Source: Heptranchias perlo
Lineage: Eukaryota
Direction of reading: 5' to 3'
Assembly (NCBI RefSeq): GCF_035084215.1
Contig: NC_090354.1
Coordinates: forward strand, 10,726,001 to 10,790,000
DNA: 64,000 nucleotides
Shown here: piece after piece, positions 11,871 to 25,970 of the stretch
Position numbering within the stretch: position 1 is the stretch's first letter
How the letters are laid out: every line of letters begins with the position of its first letter
Notes under the pieces: model-generated
The model's database searches: none
Told to the model about the DNA's origin: nothing
The model's input: the letters and a program-made list of their open reading frames with translations, nothing else
Program-made: the position numbers and the translations under genes

Positions 11871-12524
11871 TCAACAGTCCTTATTCATTTCAGACTCTGT
11901 CTTGTTCTCGCCACTCTCCTGTGTCTGTGTTTCTACGCCAGGATTTAGCCGGGGAGTGGTTGTTGTATCAGAGGTGATGTTGATGGGAACGGTTCGTTCA
12001 TTCACAGCTGGCAGTGCCAGGCGTGGGGCTTGAACCTTTAACTGACCGTCCTGTGACAAACAGCAGTTAAGTGCTTGAGGTTCGACATCTTCTGGCAGCT
12101 GAAATTCTCTCCTGAACTCTTCATATTTGTAGCTGTAACAGCCGCTCCCATCATCACTTTTCTTCTCATGTTTTCCTGTCACCAGCACTTTTCTTCCAAG
12201 TACTTTCACCGTCAGTTCTTCTGGGGAGAATTGCTGGACATCCAGGGACAGAGAAAAGTCATCTCCATCCTTGTCCTCGGATTGTCTATTATCTCCTTCA
12301 TTGTCATCAGGTTTGTGGTTCTGATTTCTTGGTCTTTCCTCCCAAAATTCTTTGGCGAGCTCCTCAAGAACTCGATTCAGGAAGTTCATGCTCTTTCTCG
12401 CTTCTTCCACCTGTTGCCACCTGTTGCATTCAAACGGCTCAAAGACTGTGTGTGGAACAGACCACAATGTGTACACAGGCTGCTGGCACAGATGTGAAGC
12501 GTGGAAAGCCCGACAGCTCAGCAT
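11871..12524 (-). CDS. hsp30: hsp30/HSPB9-like copy M3 (tandem unit 1)
   Basis: Intact 217-aa ORF; TATA/HSE at 12619-12658. Confidence 0.92.
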   Translation of the reverse strand: MLSCRAFHASHLCQQPVYTLWSVPHTVFEPFECNRWQQVEEARKSMNFLNRVLEELAKEFWEERPRNQNHKPDDNEGDNRQSEDKDGDDFSLSLDVQQFSPEELTVKVLGRKVLVTGKHEKKSDDGSGCYSYKYEEFRREFQLPEDVEPQALNCCLSQDGQLKVQAPRLALPAVNERTVPINITSDTTTTPRLNPGVETQTQESGENKTESEMNKDC

Positions 12525-13599
12525 TCTCTCTGCCTCTTCTATCACTTCTCTCAAACCAGACTGACGTGAACTCCCAGTCTTCAGTCTCTGATCTGCTGCA
12601 GCACTCAGAACACATGCCTTATATATTCTACTCCCAGAAATCCAGACACTTCCAGAATTTGTTAAACTTTACTGGGTTTATGACACATGAGCAGAAAATA
12701 ACTGACGTCTCATCTCTCCCTTTAAAGAAGAATGACTCGGCTCAGTGACACCCTCTGGTGCAATTCCAGAGACTGCTGGAAGCTGCTGACATTTGACATC
12801 ACAGCTGGGCGGAGCAAATGATCGACAGCCCAGCAGAAGGAAGAGACTGTGGAGTAAAGTTGTGTTTGATCAGAAGTGTTCAACTTCATGAAATCTAAAC
12901 TAACATTTTGAGATAATGAACAGCCAGTCAGTGGCTTTCTAGATCCGCTATTTTCATTCATTTTCAAAAGATTAAAGTGATATTTAGCAACAGCAGAGCA
13001 GAGGGATCGGAAGAGTGAATTTCAGATCAGTTTGATTTAAATTATGTGAAGTTCTGATTCGATCCCATTCAGGTTCATTAGTTGCCTTGTTTTTCTTTCA
13101 TTTGCCACTGTCCGTTTCTATGGTAATGTGTTGCGATCCAGTTTTCCAAGATGATGGAGTGATGGCCTTTACATTCCTAGATTCTGGGGAGATATTCCAC
13201 ATACAGTATTTTGTAGTCAGAAATAAAACAATTCGATAATGTTTAAAAATCTCTCCTCATGATAAATGATGTGTTATTTATAGAAAATTCAGCAAAACAC
13301 TGACTCCAAGACAGACTAATGTTTAACCAGATGTGCGTATGAAGATATTTATTGTCAAGGGGATGCACCACTCAGTGGAGGTCCCCAGCCTGTTGAATTC
13401 CATCTCTCAGACAGCTGTTAAAGCACCTAATTCCCTAGTTTGCCTCTTCCAAGTGTAATTCTTTGTGCTGTGGGTGGGTTTAAATTTGATGCTGTATCTC
13501 TATTCATGTTCACCCCCAACACCCCTCCCCCCACCACCCCTCATTGTCCAATGAATTCAAATTTTCTTTTTCTAAATGAACTTTTGTTCAGAAAGTGAA

Positions 13600-13855
13600 A
13601 ATGAACGAATCATCTCCAGCAACATCATCGCTGATACAACACCCACTCCCGGCCAAATTGTGGGAAAGAGCCACAGAAACAGGGCAGTGGAAAGGATGAG
13701 GGGAACAAGAAAGAGGCTGAAGTAAAAAAGGACATTTAAGACTCATTTACAGTGAACTTTTGGAAGATGAAAAAATAATTGAATATAGAGAGACAGGAGT
13801 TTCTGAGACAATGGTATGAATACTGAAAATTAATTCTCATTTTTATCTTTATCCT
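13600..13855 (+). pseudogene. 3' relic of a plus-type hsp30 in the tandem unit (also at +4482, +8964, +13446)
   Basis: Reads NERIISSNIIADTTPTPRPNCGKEPQKQGSGKDEGNKKEAEVKKDI stop; promoter and alpha-crystallin domain are missing. Confidence 0.85.
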
Positions 13856-14213
13856 TTAGTTAGCCATGGGTGGATCATTTTTCCCCTGGAGTTTTCATTT
13901 CTCAACAGAATGTATTTTCATTGAGAATTATGAAATTTTTCTTTAAATGTTTGCCATTGATTCTCTACTGTTACACCTTTTAATCTAATTTCCCAATCTA
14001 CCTTAGCCAACTGGCCCCTCATACCTATATAATTGGCTTTATTTAAAGTTTAAGACTCTAGTTTCTGACTGAAGTGTGTCACTCTTGAACTTAATGTGAA
14101 ATTCATCATACTATGATCAATCTTCCCCAGAGGATCCCTTACTATGATTAACCATGTCTCATTAAACAAGAAAAGTTCTGAAACTGCCTGATCCCTGATA
14201 GTTTCCTAGAACA
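13856..14213 (-). mobile_element. CR1 ORF2 internal (endonuclease-region) fragment in each tandem unit; shorter piece at ~10120-10280
   Basis: Reverse complement of 14130-14212 resembles CR1 sequence at 63908-64000 in this window. Confidence 0.6.
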
Positions 14214-16352
14214 ATAAGGCATGGAACCAGTCTCGAATGCATCTGCATTTTTAAGTATCAGTAAGGTGTGTAATATTTCTCACAGTGTCAGTCAGCAGTT
14301 TTATTCTTTCAGTAAATTTACTGTATTACAGCAACGGACACACTGTTCAGGTTTAGGCTGCTGGAGGTGGGTGGGAAATATCAGCAACCGTATGGCAGGT
14401 CCCAGACTACACGTGAGCAATGCCACAGGAGATTTAGTAGTAAAATATCAAATGGAGTACAAAATGTAAACTCTGAATACAAACTTAAAGTAAACCTGGA
14501 ATATATTTAACTGTTATGCAACCCAAATACAGCAGGGAATAAAGGTTCAGGTTGCAGTTCATAGGAGACTCGGTGTGTTATGGAAACTGTCATGTAGCCA
14601 TTTACCAAGTTATGGTGTTGGGAGCTTCACATCAACATTAATTATCGGATCATCATTGTTTCTAATGCATTCTGATATTAAATTAGGAACTTAAAAAATT
14701 GCTACATGTTATCAGTAAACCCAATTATATTCAAGCTGCCAGTTTTGTCCAATGTAAAGGAAGTTTATTCCCTAAATTAGGTGGCAGTCTTGGCGCAGTG
14801 CTCACACACTCACCTCAGAACCAGAAGGTGTTGGGTTCAAGACCCAGTCCATAGTCCTGAGCACATTATTTGGGCTGATAATTCAGTGTGGGAATGCTGC
14901 ACTGTAGGAGCTGCCGTCTTTCAGGTGGGAGATTAAACTCAAGTCCCATCTGCTCCCTTGGGTGGAAGTAAAAGATCCCACTGCCCTATTCAGACTTCTG
15001 ACAGATTCCTGGCCAACATTTACCCCTCAGCCAATACCACCAAAAACAGATTATCTGGTCATTTATCACAGTGTGTTTGTGGGACCTTGCTCTGACAAAA
15101 TTCACTGCAGCATTTGGCTACATTGCAACAAGAACTGAATTTCAAAGTAATTAAATATTTATGAAGCACTTTGGGATGACCTGAGCAAATTAAAGATGCT
15201 GTTTCAATGCAAATTCTTTCTTTATAAACAGAAATAATATATTCTTAAAAATAAAATAGTTGAAAATAAAGAAGTTGCTATCAGTTTAGAAAGAAATTAC
15301 AAAAAAATGTATTTTGACATATTAAATATGCAAATACTGCAAATTAATATAATAAATTACTGGTAGAAAATCATACAGCACTGAAGGAGCCCATTCGGCC
15401 CATCATAACTGCGCCGGCTATTTGAAAGAGATATCCCACTCCTCTGCTCTTTCCCCTCAGCCCTGCAATTTCTTCCCAGTTAAGTGTGTATCCAATTCCA
15501 ATTTTGAAATTTTCCATTGAATCTGCTTCCACCATCCTTTCACACAGTGCAGTCCAGATCATAACAACAGATAATTACTGGCTGAGTAATTTTCATTTTC
15601 CCTCTGGTTCTTTTGTCAATTATCTTAACTATGTGTCCTTTGGTTAGCAACTCTCCTGCCAATGGAAACAGTTTCTCCTTATTTACTCAATCAATACCCC
15701 TCATAATTTTGGACACCACTATTAAATCTCCCTTTGACCTTCACTGCTGGAAGGAGAACAATCCCAGTTTCTCCAGTCTCTCCACATAACTGAAGTCTCT
15801 CATCCCTGGTATCATACCGGTAAATCTCGTCTAAACCCTCTCCAATGCTTGTAAGAATATGAGAAAAGACAAAGTGGATTCAGTAATATAAAAGGCTCAC
15901 GGGGAGTTTTTGTTAAAAACGTTATCCAACAATTGAAAATGTCATGACCGAAACGTCTGGAATTGTAATTGTTTGTGTCCCAGGTGCTCCACGGTACTCA
16001 GCTGCATGACTGACTAAGACATCACATTTGGACACCGGATTGAAACCTTCACTCCTTTTAAATCTCACTGCACTCTGACAAGAGCCTGGAGTGGAATGTG
16101 GAGATCTGCAACTATTTCAATATTTTAAGATTATAATTATTAAAATGAGGAAACACCAATTCAGAGATTTGTACTTTATTACCACAATATACAAAGTAAA
16201 TACACTGCTTGTATTCAAGAAAGGATTTTTCTGACGTACAGAATGAAAAGAATGATTCACATTTTCCGTTTCACACTAGCTTACTTCAAGTTCATTTCCA
16301 CCAGTATACAATTGCTCTGTGATGTACAGCAAAAGTTCATTGCAAACGAATG

Positions 16353-17006
16353 TCAACAGTCCTTATTCATTTCAGACTCTGTCTTGTTCTCGCCACTCTC
16401 CTGTGTCTGTGTTTCTACGCCAGGATTTAGCCGGGGAGTGGTTGTTGTATCAGAGGTGATGTTGATGGGAACGGTTCGTTCATTCACAGCTGGCAGTGCC
16501 AGGCGTGGGGCTTGAACCTTTAACTGACCGTCCTGTGACAAACAGCAGTTAAGTGCTTGAGGTTCGACATCTTCTGGCAGCTGAAATTCTCTCCTGAACT
16601 CTTCATATTTGTAGCTGTAACAGCCGCTCCCATCATCACTTTTCTTCTCATGTTTTCCTGTCACCAGCACTTTTCTTCCAAGTACTTTCACCGTCAGTTC
16701 TTCTGGGGAGAATTGCTGGACATCCAGGGACAGAGAAAAGTCATCTCCATCCTTGTCCTCGGATTGTCTATTATCTCCTTCATTGTCATCAGGTTTGTGG
16801 TTCTGATTTCTTGGTCTTTCCTCCCAAAATTCTTTGGCGAGCTCCTCAAGAACTCGATTCAGGAAGTTCATGCTCTTTCTCGCTTCTTCCACCTGTTGCC
16901 ACCTGTTGCATTCAAACGGCTCAAAGACTGTGTGTGGAACAGACCACAATGTGTACACAGGCTGCTGGCACAGATGTGAAGCGTGGAAAGCCCGACAGCT
17001 CAGCAT
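16353..17006 (-). CDS. hsp30: hsp30/HSPB9-like copy M4 (tandem unit 2)
   Basis: Protein identical to M3; TATA/HSE at 17101-17140. Confidence 0.92.
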   Translation of the reverse strand: MLSCRAFHASHLCQQPVYTLWSVPHTVFEPFECNRWQQVEEARKSMNFLNRVLEELAKEFWEERPRNQNHKPDDNEGDNRQSEDKDGDDFSLSLDVQQFSPEELTVKVLGRKVLVTGKHEKKSDDGSGCYSYKYEEFRREFQLPEDVEPQALNCCLSQDGQLKVQAPRLALPAVNERTVPINITSDTTTTPRLNPGVETQTQESGENKTESEMNKDC

Positions 17007-20000
17007 TCTCTCTGCCTCTTCTATCACTTCTCTCAAACCAGACTGACGTGAACTCCCAGTCTTCAGTCTCTGATCTGCTGCAGCACTCAGAACACATGCC
17101 TTATATATTCTACTCCCAGAAATCCAGACACTTCCAGAATTTGTTAAACTTTACTGGGTTTATGACACATGAGCAGAAAATAACTGACGTCTCATCTCTC
17201 CCTTTAAAGAAGAATGACTCGGCTCAGTGACACCCTTTGGTGCAATTCCAGAGACTGCTGGAAGCTGCTGACATTTGACATCACAGCTGGGCGGAGCAAA
17301 TGATCGACAGCCCAGCAGAAGGAAGAGACTGTGGAGTAAAGTTGTGTTTGATCAGAAGTGTTCAACTTCATGAAATCTAAACTAACATTTTGAGATAATG
17401 AACAGCCAGTCAGTGGCTTTCTAGATCTGCTATTTTCATTCATTTTCAAAAGATTAAAGTGATATTTAGCAACAGCAGAGCAGAGGGATCGGAAGAGTGA
17501 ATTTCAGATCAGTTTGATTTAAATTATGTGAAGTTCTGATTCGATCCCATTCAGGTTCATTAGTTGCCTTGTTTTTCTTTCATTTGCCACTGTCCGTTTC
17601 TATGGTAATGTGTTGCGATCCAGTTTTCCAAGATGATGGAGTGATGGCCTTTACATTCCTAGATTCTGGGGAGATATTCCACGTACAGTATTTTGTAGTC
17701 AGAAATAAAACAATTCGATAATGTTTAAAAATCTCTCCTCATGATAAATGATGTGTTATTTATAGAAAATTCAGCAAAACACTGACTCCAAGACAGACTA
17801 ATGTTTAACCAGATGTGCGTATGAAGATATTTATTGTCAAGGGGATGCACCACTCAGTGGAGGTCCCCAGCCTGTTGAATTCCATCTCTCAGACAGCTGT
17901 TAAAGCACCTAATTCCCTAGTTTGCCTCTTCCAAGTGTAATTCTTTGTGCTGTGGGTGGGTTTAAATTTGATGCTGTATCTCTATTCATGTTCACCCCCA
18001 ACACCCCTCCCCCCACCACCCCTCATTGTCCAATGAATTCAAATTTTCTTTTTCTAAATGAACTTTTGTTCAGAAAGTGAAAATGAACGAATCATCTCCA
18101 GCAACATCATCGCTGATACAACACCCACTCCCGGCCAAATTGTGGGAAAGAGCCACAGAAACAGGGCAGTGGAAAGGATGAGGGGAACAAGAAAGAGGCT
18201 GAAGTAAAAAAGGACATTTAAGACTCATTTACAGTGAACTTTTGGAAGATGAAAAAATAATTGAATATAGAGAGACAGGAGTTTCTGAGACAATGGTATG
18301 AATACTGAAAATTAATTCTCATTTTTATCTTTATCCTTTAGTTAGCCATGGGTGGATCATTTTTCCCCTGGAGTTTTCATTTCTCAACAGAATGTATTTT
18401 CATTGAGAATTATGAAATTTTTCTTTAAATGTTTGCCATTGATTCTCTACTGTTACACCTTTTAATCTAATTTCCCAATCTACCTTAGCCAACTGGCCCC
18501 TCATACCTATATAATTGGCTTTATTTAAAGTTTAAGACTCTAGTTTCTGACTGAAGTGTGTCACTCTTGAACTTAATGTGAAATTCATCATACTATGATC
18601 AATCTTCCCCAGAGGATCCCTTACTATGATTAACCATGTCTCATTAAACAAGAAAAGTTCTGAAACTGCCTGATCCCTGATAGTTTCCTAGAACAATAAG
18701 GCATGGAACCAGTCTCGAATGCATCTGCATTTTTAAGTATCAGTAAGGTGTGTAATATTTCTCACAGTGTCAGTCAGCAGTTTTATTCTTTCAGTAAATT
18801 TACTGTATTACAGCAACGGACACACTGTTCAGGTTTAGGCTGCTGGAGGTGGGTGGGAAATATCAGCAACCGTATGGCAGGTCCCAGACTACACGTGAGC
18901 AATGCCACAGGAGATTTAGTAGTAAAATATCAAATGGAGTACAAAATGTAAACTCTGAATACAAACTTAAAGTAAACCTGGAATATATTTAACTGTTATG
19001 CAACCCAAATACAGCAGGGAATAAAGGTTCAGGTTGCAGTTCATAGGAGACTCGGTGTGTTATGGAAACTGTCATGTAGCCATTTACCAAGTTATGGTGT
19101 TGGGAGCTTCACATCAACATTAATTATCGGATCATCATTGTTTCTAATGCATTCTGATATTAAATTAGGAACTTAAAAAATTGCTACATGTTATCAGTAA
19201 ACCCAATTATATTCAAGCTGCCAGTTTTGTCCAATGTAAAGGAAGTTTATTCCCTAAATTAGGTGGCAGTCTTGGCGCAGTGCTCACACACTCACCTCAG
19301 AACCAGAAGGTGTTGGGTTCAAGACCCAGTCCATAGTCCTGAGCACATTATTTGGGCTGATAATTCAGTGTGGGAATGCTGCACTGTAGGAGCTGCCGTC
19401 TTTCAGGTGGGAGATTAAACTCAAGTCCCATCTGCTCCCTTGGGTGGAAGTAAAAGATCCCACTGCCCTATTCAGACTTCTGACAGATTCCTGGCCAACA
19501 TTTACCCCTCAGCCAATACCACCAAAAACAGATTATCTGGTCATTTATCACAGTGTGTTTGTGGGACCTTGCTCTGACAAAATTCACTGCAGCATTTGGC
19601 TACATTGCAACAAGAACTGAATTTCAAAGTAATTAAATATTTATGAAGCACTTTGGGATGACCTGAGCAAATTAAAGATGCTGTTTCAATGCAAATTCTT
19701 TCTTTATAAACAGAAATAATATATTCTTAAAAATAAAATAGTTGAAAATAAAGAAGTTGCTATCAGTTTAGAAAGAAATTACAAAAAAATGTATTTTGAC
19801 ATATTAAATATGCAAATACTGCAAATTAATATAATAAATTACTGGTAGAAAATCATACAGCACTGAAGGAGCCCATTCAGCCCATCATAACTGCGCCGGC
19901 TATTTGAAAGAGATATCCCACTCCTCTGCTCTTTCCCCTCAGCCCTGCAATTTCTTCCCAGTTAAGTGTGTATCCAATTCCAATTTTGAAATTTTCCATT

Positions 20001-20834
20001 GAATCTGCTTCCACCATCCTTTCACACAGTGCAGTCCAGATCATAACAACAGATAATTACTGGCTGAGTAATTTTCATTTTCCCTCTGGTTCTTTTGTCA
20101 ATTATCTTAACTATGTGTCCTTTGGTTAGCAACTCTCCTGCCAATGGAAACAGTTTCTCCTTATTTACTCAATCAATACCCCTCATAATTTTGGACACCA
20201 CTATTAAATCTCCCTTTGACCTTCACTGCTGGAAGGAGAACAATCCCAGTTTCTCCAGTCTCTCCACATAACTGAAGTCTCTCATCCCTGGTATCATACC
20301 GGTAAATCTCGTCTAAACCCTCTCCAATGCTTGTAAGAATATGAGAAAAGACAAAGTGGATTCAGTAATATAAAAGGCTCACGGGGAGTTTTTGTTAAAA
20401 ACGTTATCCAACAATTGAAAATGTCATGACCGAAACGTCTGGAATTGTAATTGTTTGTGTCCCAGGTGCTCCACGGTACTCAGCTGCATGACTGACTAAG
20501 ACATCACATTTGGACACCGGATTGAAACCTTCACTCCTTTTAAATCTCACTGCACTCTGACAAGAGCCTGGAGTGGAATGTGGAGATCTGCAACTATTTC
20601 AATATTTTAAGATTATAATTATTAAAATGAGGAAACACCAATTCAGAGATTTGTACTTTATTACCACAATATACAAAGTAAATACACTGCTTGTATTCAA
20701 GAAAGGATTTTTCTGACGTACAGAATGAAAAGAATGATTCACATTTTCCGTTTCACACTAGCTTACTTCGAGTTCATTTCCACCAGTATACAATTGCTCT
20801 GTGATGTACAGCAAAAGTTCATTGCAAACGAATG

Positions 20835-21488
20835 TCAACAGTCCTTATTCATTTCAGACTCTGTCTTGTTCTCGCCACTCTCCTGTGTCTGTGTTTCTAC
20901 GCCAGGATTTAGCCGGGGAGTGGTTGTTGTATCAGAGGTGATGTTGATGGGAACGGTTCGTTCATTCACAGCTGGCAGTGCCAGGCGTGGGGCTTGAACC
21001 TTTAACTGACCGTCCTGTGACAAACAGCAGTTAAGTGCTTGAGGTTCGACATCTTCTGGCAGCTGAAATTCTCTCCTGAACTCTTCATATTTGTAGCTGT
21101 AACAGCCGCTCCCATCATCACTTTTCTTCTCATGTTTTCCTGTCACCAGCACTTTTCTTCCAAGTACTTTCACCGTCAGTTCTTCTGGGGAGAATTGCTG
21201 GACATCCAGGGACAGAGAAAAGTCATCTCCATCCTTGTCCTCGGATTGTCTATTATCTCCTTCATTGTCATCAGGTTTGTGGTTCTGATTTCTTGGTCTT
21301 TCCTCCCAAAATTCTTTGGCGAGCTCCTCAAGAACTCGATTCAGGAAGTTCATGCTCTTTCTCGCTTCTTCCACCTGTTGCCACCTGTTGCATTCAAACG
21401 GCTCAAAGACTGTGTGTGGAACAGACCACAATGTGTGCACAGGCTGCTGGCACAGATGTGAAGCGTGGAAAGCCCGACAGCTCAGCAT
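20835..21488 (-). CDS. hsp30: hsp30/HSPB9-like copy M5 (tandem unit 3)
   Basis: Differs from M3 by Y>H (PVHTL); TATA/HSE at 21583-21622. Confidence 0.92.
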   Translation of the reverse strand: MLSCRAFHASHLCQQPVHTLWSVPHTVFEPFECNRWQQVEEARKSMNFLNRVLEELAKEFWEERPRNQNHKPDDNEGDNRQSEDKDGDDFSLSLDVQQFSPEELTVKVLGRKVLVTGKHEKKSDDGSGCYSYKYEEFRREFQLPEDVEPQALNCCLSQDGQLKVQAPRLALPAVNERTVPINITSDTTTTPRLNPGVETQTQESGENKTESEMNKDC

Positions 21489-24400
21489 TCTCTCTGCCTC
21501 TTCTATCACTTCTCTCAAACCAGACTGACGTGAACTCCCAGTCTTCAGTCTCTGATCTGCTGCAGCACTCAGAACACATGCCTTATATATTCTACTCCCA
21601 GAAATCCAGACACTTCCAGAATTTGTTAAACTTTACTGGGTTTATGACACATGAGCAGAAAATAACTGACGTCTCATCTCTCCCTTTAAAGAAGAATGAC
21701 TCGGCTCAGTGACACCCTCTGGTGCAATTCCAGAGACTGCTGGAAGCTGCTGACATTTGACATCACAGCTGGGCGGAGCAAATGATCGACAGCCCAGCAG
21801 AAGGAAGAGACTGTGGAGTAAAGTTGTGTTTGATCAGAAGTGTTCAACTTCATGAAATCTAAACTAACATTTTGAGATAATGAACAGCCAGTCAGTGGCT
21901 TTCTAGATCCGCTATTTTCATTCATTTTCAAAAGATTAAAGTGATATTTAGCAACAGCAGAGCAGAGGGATCGGAAGAGTGAATTTCAGATCAGTTTGAT
22001 TTAAATTATGTGAAGTTCTGATTCGATCCCATTCAGGTTCATTAGTTGCCTTGTTTTTCTTTCATTTGCCACTGTCCGTTTCTATGGTAATGTGTTGCGA
22101 TCCAGTTTTCCAAGATGATGGAGTGATGGCCTTTACATTCCTAGATTCTGGGGAGATATTCCACGTACAGTATTTTGTAGTCAGAAATAAAACAATTCGA
22201 TAATGTTTAAAAATCTCTCCTCATGATAAATGATGTGTTATTTATAGAAAATTCAGCAAAACACTGACTCCAAGACAGACTAATGTTTAACCAGATGTGC
22301 GTATGAAGATATTTATTGTCAAGGGGATGCACCACTCAGTGGAGGTCCCCAGCCTGTTGAATTCCATCTCTCAGACAGCTGTTAAAGCACCTAATTCCCT
22401 AGTTTGCCTCTTCCAAGTGTAATTCTTTGTGCTGTGGGTGGGTTTAAATTTGATGCTGTATCTCTATTCATGTTCACCCCCAACACCCCTCCCCCCACCA
22501 CCCCTCATTGTCCAATGAATTCAAATTTTCTTTTTCTAAATGAACTTTTGTTCAGAAAGTGAAAATGAACGAATCATCTCCAGCAACATCATCGCTGATA
22601 CAACACCCACTCCCGGCCAAATTGTGGGAAAGAGCCACAGAAACAGGGCAGTGGAAAGGATGAGGGGAACAAGAAAGAGGCTGAAGTAAAAAAGGACATT
22701 TAAGACTCATTTACAGTGAACTTTTGGAAGATGAAAAAATAATTGAATATAGAGAGACAGGAGTTTCTGAGACAATGGTATGAATACTGAAAATTAATTC
22801 TCATTTTTATCTTTATCCTTTAGTTAGCCATGGGTGGATCATTTTTCCCCTGGAGTTTTCATTTCTCAACAGAATGTATTTTCATTGAGAATTATGAAAT
22901 TTTTCTTTAAATGTTTGCCATTGATTCTCTACTGTTACACCTTTTAATCTAATTTCCCAATCTACCTTAGCCAACTGGCCCCTCATACCTATATAATTGG
23001 CTTTATTTAAAGTTTAAGACTCTAGTTTCTGACTGAAGTGTGTCACTCTTGAACTTAATGTGAAATTCATCATACTATGATCAATCTTCCCCAGAGGATC
23101 CCTTACTATGATTAACCATGTCTCATTAAACAAGAAAAGTTCTGAAACTGCCTGATCCCTGATAGTTTCCTAGAACAATAAGGCATGGAACCAGTCTCGA
23201 ATGCATCTGCATTTTTAAGTATCAGTAAGGTGTGTAATATTTCTCACAGTGTCAGTCAGCAGTTTTATTCTTTCAGTAAATTTACTGTATTACAGCAACG
23301 GACACACTGTTCAGGTTTAGGCTGCTGGAGGTGGGTGGGAAATATCAGCAACCGTATGGCAGGTCCCAGACTACACGTGAGCAATGCCACAGGAGATTTA
23401 GTAGTAAAATATCAAATGGAGTACAAAATGTAAACTCTGAATACAAACTTAAAGTAAACCTGGAATATATTTAACTGTTATGCAACCCAAATACAGCAGG
23501 GAATAAAGGTTCAGGTTGCAGTTCATAGGAGACTCGGTGTGTTATGGAAACTGTCATGTAGCCATTTACCAAGTTATGGTGTTGGGAGCTTCACATCAAC
23601 ATTAATTATCGGATCATCATTGTTTCTAATGCATTCTGATATTAAATTAGGAACTTAAAAAATTGCTACATGTTATCAGTAAACCCAATTATATTCAAGC
23701 TGCCAGTTTTGTCCAATGTAAAGGAAGTTTATTCCCTAAATTAGGTGGCAGTCTTGGCGCAGTGCTCACACACTCACCTCAGAACCAGAAGGTGTTGGGT
23801 TCAAGACCCAGTCCATAGTCCTGAGCACATTATTTGGGCTGATAATTCAGTGTGGGAATGCTGCACTGTAGGAGCTGCCGTCTTTCAGGTGGGAGATTAA
23901 ACTCAAGTCCCATCTGCTCCCTTGGGTGGAAGTAAAAGATCCCACTGCCCTATTCAGACTTCTGACAGATTCCTGGCCAACATTTACCCCTCAGCCAATA
24001 CCACCAAAAACAGATTATCTGGTCATTTATCACAGTGTGTTTGTGGGACCTTGCTCTGACAAAATTCACTGCAGCATTTGGCTACATTGCAACAAGAACT
24101 GAATTTCAAAGTAATTAAATATTTATGAAGCACTTTGGGATGACCTGAGCAAATTAAAGATGCTGTTTCAATGCAAATTCTTTCTTTATAAACAGAAATA
24201 ATATATTCTTAAAAATAAAATAGTTGAAAATAAAGAAGTTGCTATCAGTTTAGAAAGAAATTACAAAAAAATGTATTTTGACATATTAAATATGCAAATA
24301 CTGCAAATTAATATAATAAATTACTGGTAGAAAATCATACAGCACTGAAGGAGCCCATTCGGCCCATCATAACTGCGCCGGCTATTTGAAAGAGATATCC

Positions 24401-25316
24401 CACTCCTCTGCTCTTTCCCCTCAGCCCTGCAATTTCTTCCCAGTTAAGTGTGTATCCAATTCCAATTTTGAAATTTTCCATTGAATCTGCTTCCACCATC
24501 CTTTCACACAGTGCAGTCCAGATCATAACAACAGATAATTACTGGCTGAGTAATTTTCATTTTCCCTCTGGTTCTTTTGTCAATTATCTTAACTATGTGT
24601 CCTTTGGTTAGCAACTCTCCTGCCAATGGAAACAGTTTCTCCTTATTTACTCAATCAATACCCCTCATAATTTTGGACACCACTATTAAATCTCCCTTTG
24701 ACCTTCACTGCTGGAAGGAGAACAATCCCAGTTTCTCCAGTCTCTCCACATAACTGAAGTCTCTCATCCCTGGTATCATACCGGTAAATCTCGTCTAAAC
24801 CCTCTCCAATGCTTGTAAGAATATGAGAAAAGACAAAGTGGATTCAGTAATATAAAAGGCTCACGGGGAGTTTTTGTTAAAAACGTTATCCAACAATTGA
24901 AAATGTCATGACCGAAACGTCTGGAATTGTAATTGTTTGTGTCCCAGGTGCTCCACGGTACTCAGCTGCATGACTGACTAAGACATCACATTTGGACACC
25001 GGATTGAAACCTTCACTCCTTTTAAATCTCACTGCACTCTGACAAGAGCCTGGAGTGGAATGTGGAGATCTGCAACTATTTCAATATTTTAAGATTATAA
25101 TTATTAAAATGAGGAAACACCAATTCAGAGATTTGTACTTTATTACCACAATATACAAAGTAAATACACTGCTTGTATTCAAGAAAGGATTTTTCTGACG
25201 TACAGAATGAAAAGAATGATTCACATTTTCCGTTTCACACTAGCTTACTTCGAGTTCATTTCCACCAGTATACAATTGCTCTGTGATGTACAGCAAAAGT
25301 TCATTGCAAACGAATG

Positions 25317-25970
25317 TCAACAGTCCTTATTCATTTCAGACTCTGTCTTGTTCTCGCCACTCTCCTGTGTCTGTGTTTCTACGCCAGGATTTAGCCGGGG
25401 AGTGGTTGTTGTATCAGAGGTGATGTTGATGGGAACGATTCGTTCATTCACAGCTGGCAGTGCCAGGCGTGGGGCTTGAACCTTTAACTGACCGTCCTGT
25501 GACAAACAGCAGTTAAGTGCTTGAGGTTCGACATCTTCTGGCAGCTGAAATTCTCTCCTGAACTCTTCATATTTGTAGCTGTAACAGCCGCTCCCATCAT
25601 CACTTTTCTTCTCATGTTTTCCTGTCACCAGCACTTTTCTTCCAAGTACTTTCACCGTCAGTTCTTCTGGGGAGAATTGCTGGACATCCAGGGACAGAGA
25701 AAAGTCATCTCCATCCTTGTCCTCGGATTGTCTATTATCTCCTTCATTGTCATCAGGTTTGTGGTTCTGATTTCTTGGTCTTTCCTCCCAAAATTCTTTG
25801 GCGAGCTCCTCAAGAACTCGATTCAGGAAGTTCATGCTCTTTCTCGCTTCTTCCACCTGTTGCCACCTGTTGCATTCAAACGGCTCAAAGACTGTGTGTG
25901 GAACAGACCACAATGTGTGCACAGGCTGCTGGCACAGATGTGAAGCGTGGAAAGCCCGACAGCTCAGCAT
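25317..25970 (-). CDS. hsp30: hsp30/HSPB9-like copy M6 (tandem unit 4)
   Basis: Differs from M3 by Y>H and T>I (ERIVPI); TATA/HSE at 26065-26104. Confidence 0.92.
   Translation of the reverse strand: MLSCRAFHASHLCQQPVHTLWSVPHTVFEPFECNRWQQVEEARKSMNFLNRVLEELAKEFWEERPRNQNHKPDDNEGDNRQSEDKDGDDFSLSLDVQQFSPEELTVKVLGRKVLVTGKHEKKSDDGSGCYSYKYEEFRREFQLPEDVEPQALNCCLSQDGQLKVQAPRLALPAVNERIVPINITSDTTTTPRLNPGVETQTQESGENKTESEMNKDC

Noticed and set aside
14221-14469. 82-aa ATG-initiated ORF repeated four times
   Set aside because: It recurs only through the tandem duplication. The older paralogue at 5828-6085 has a different start and stop, and there is no recognisable domain.
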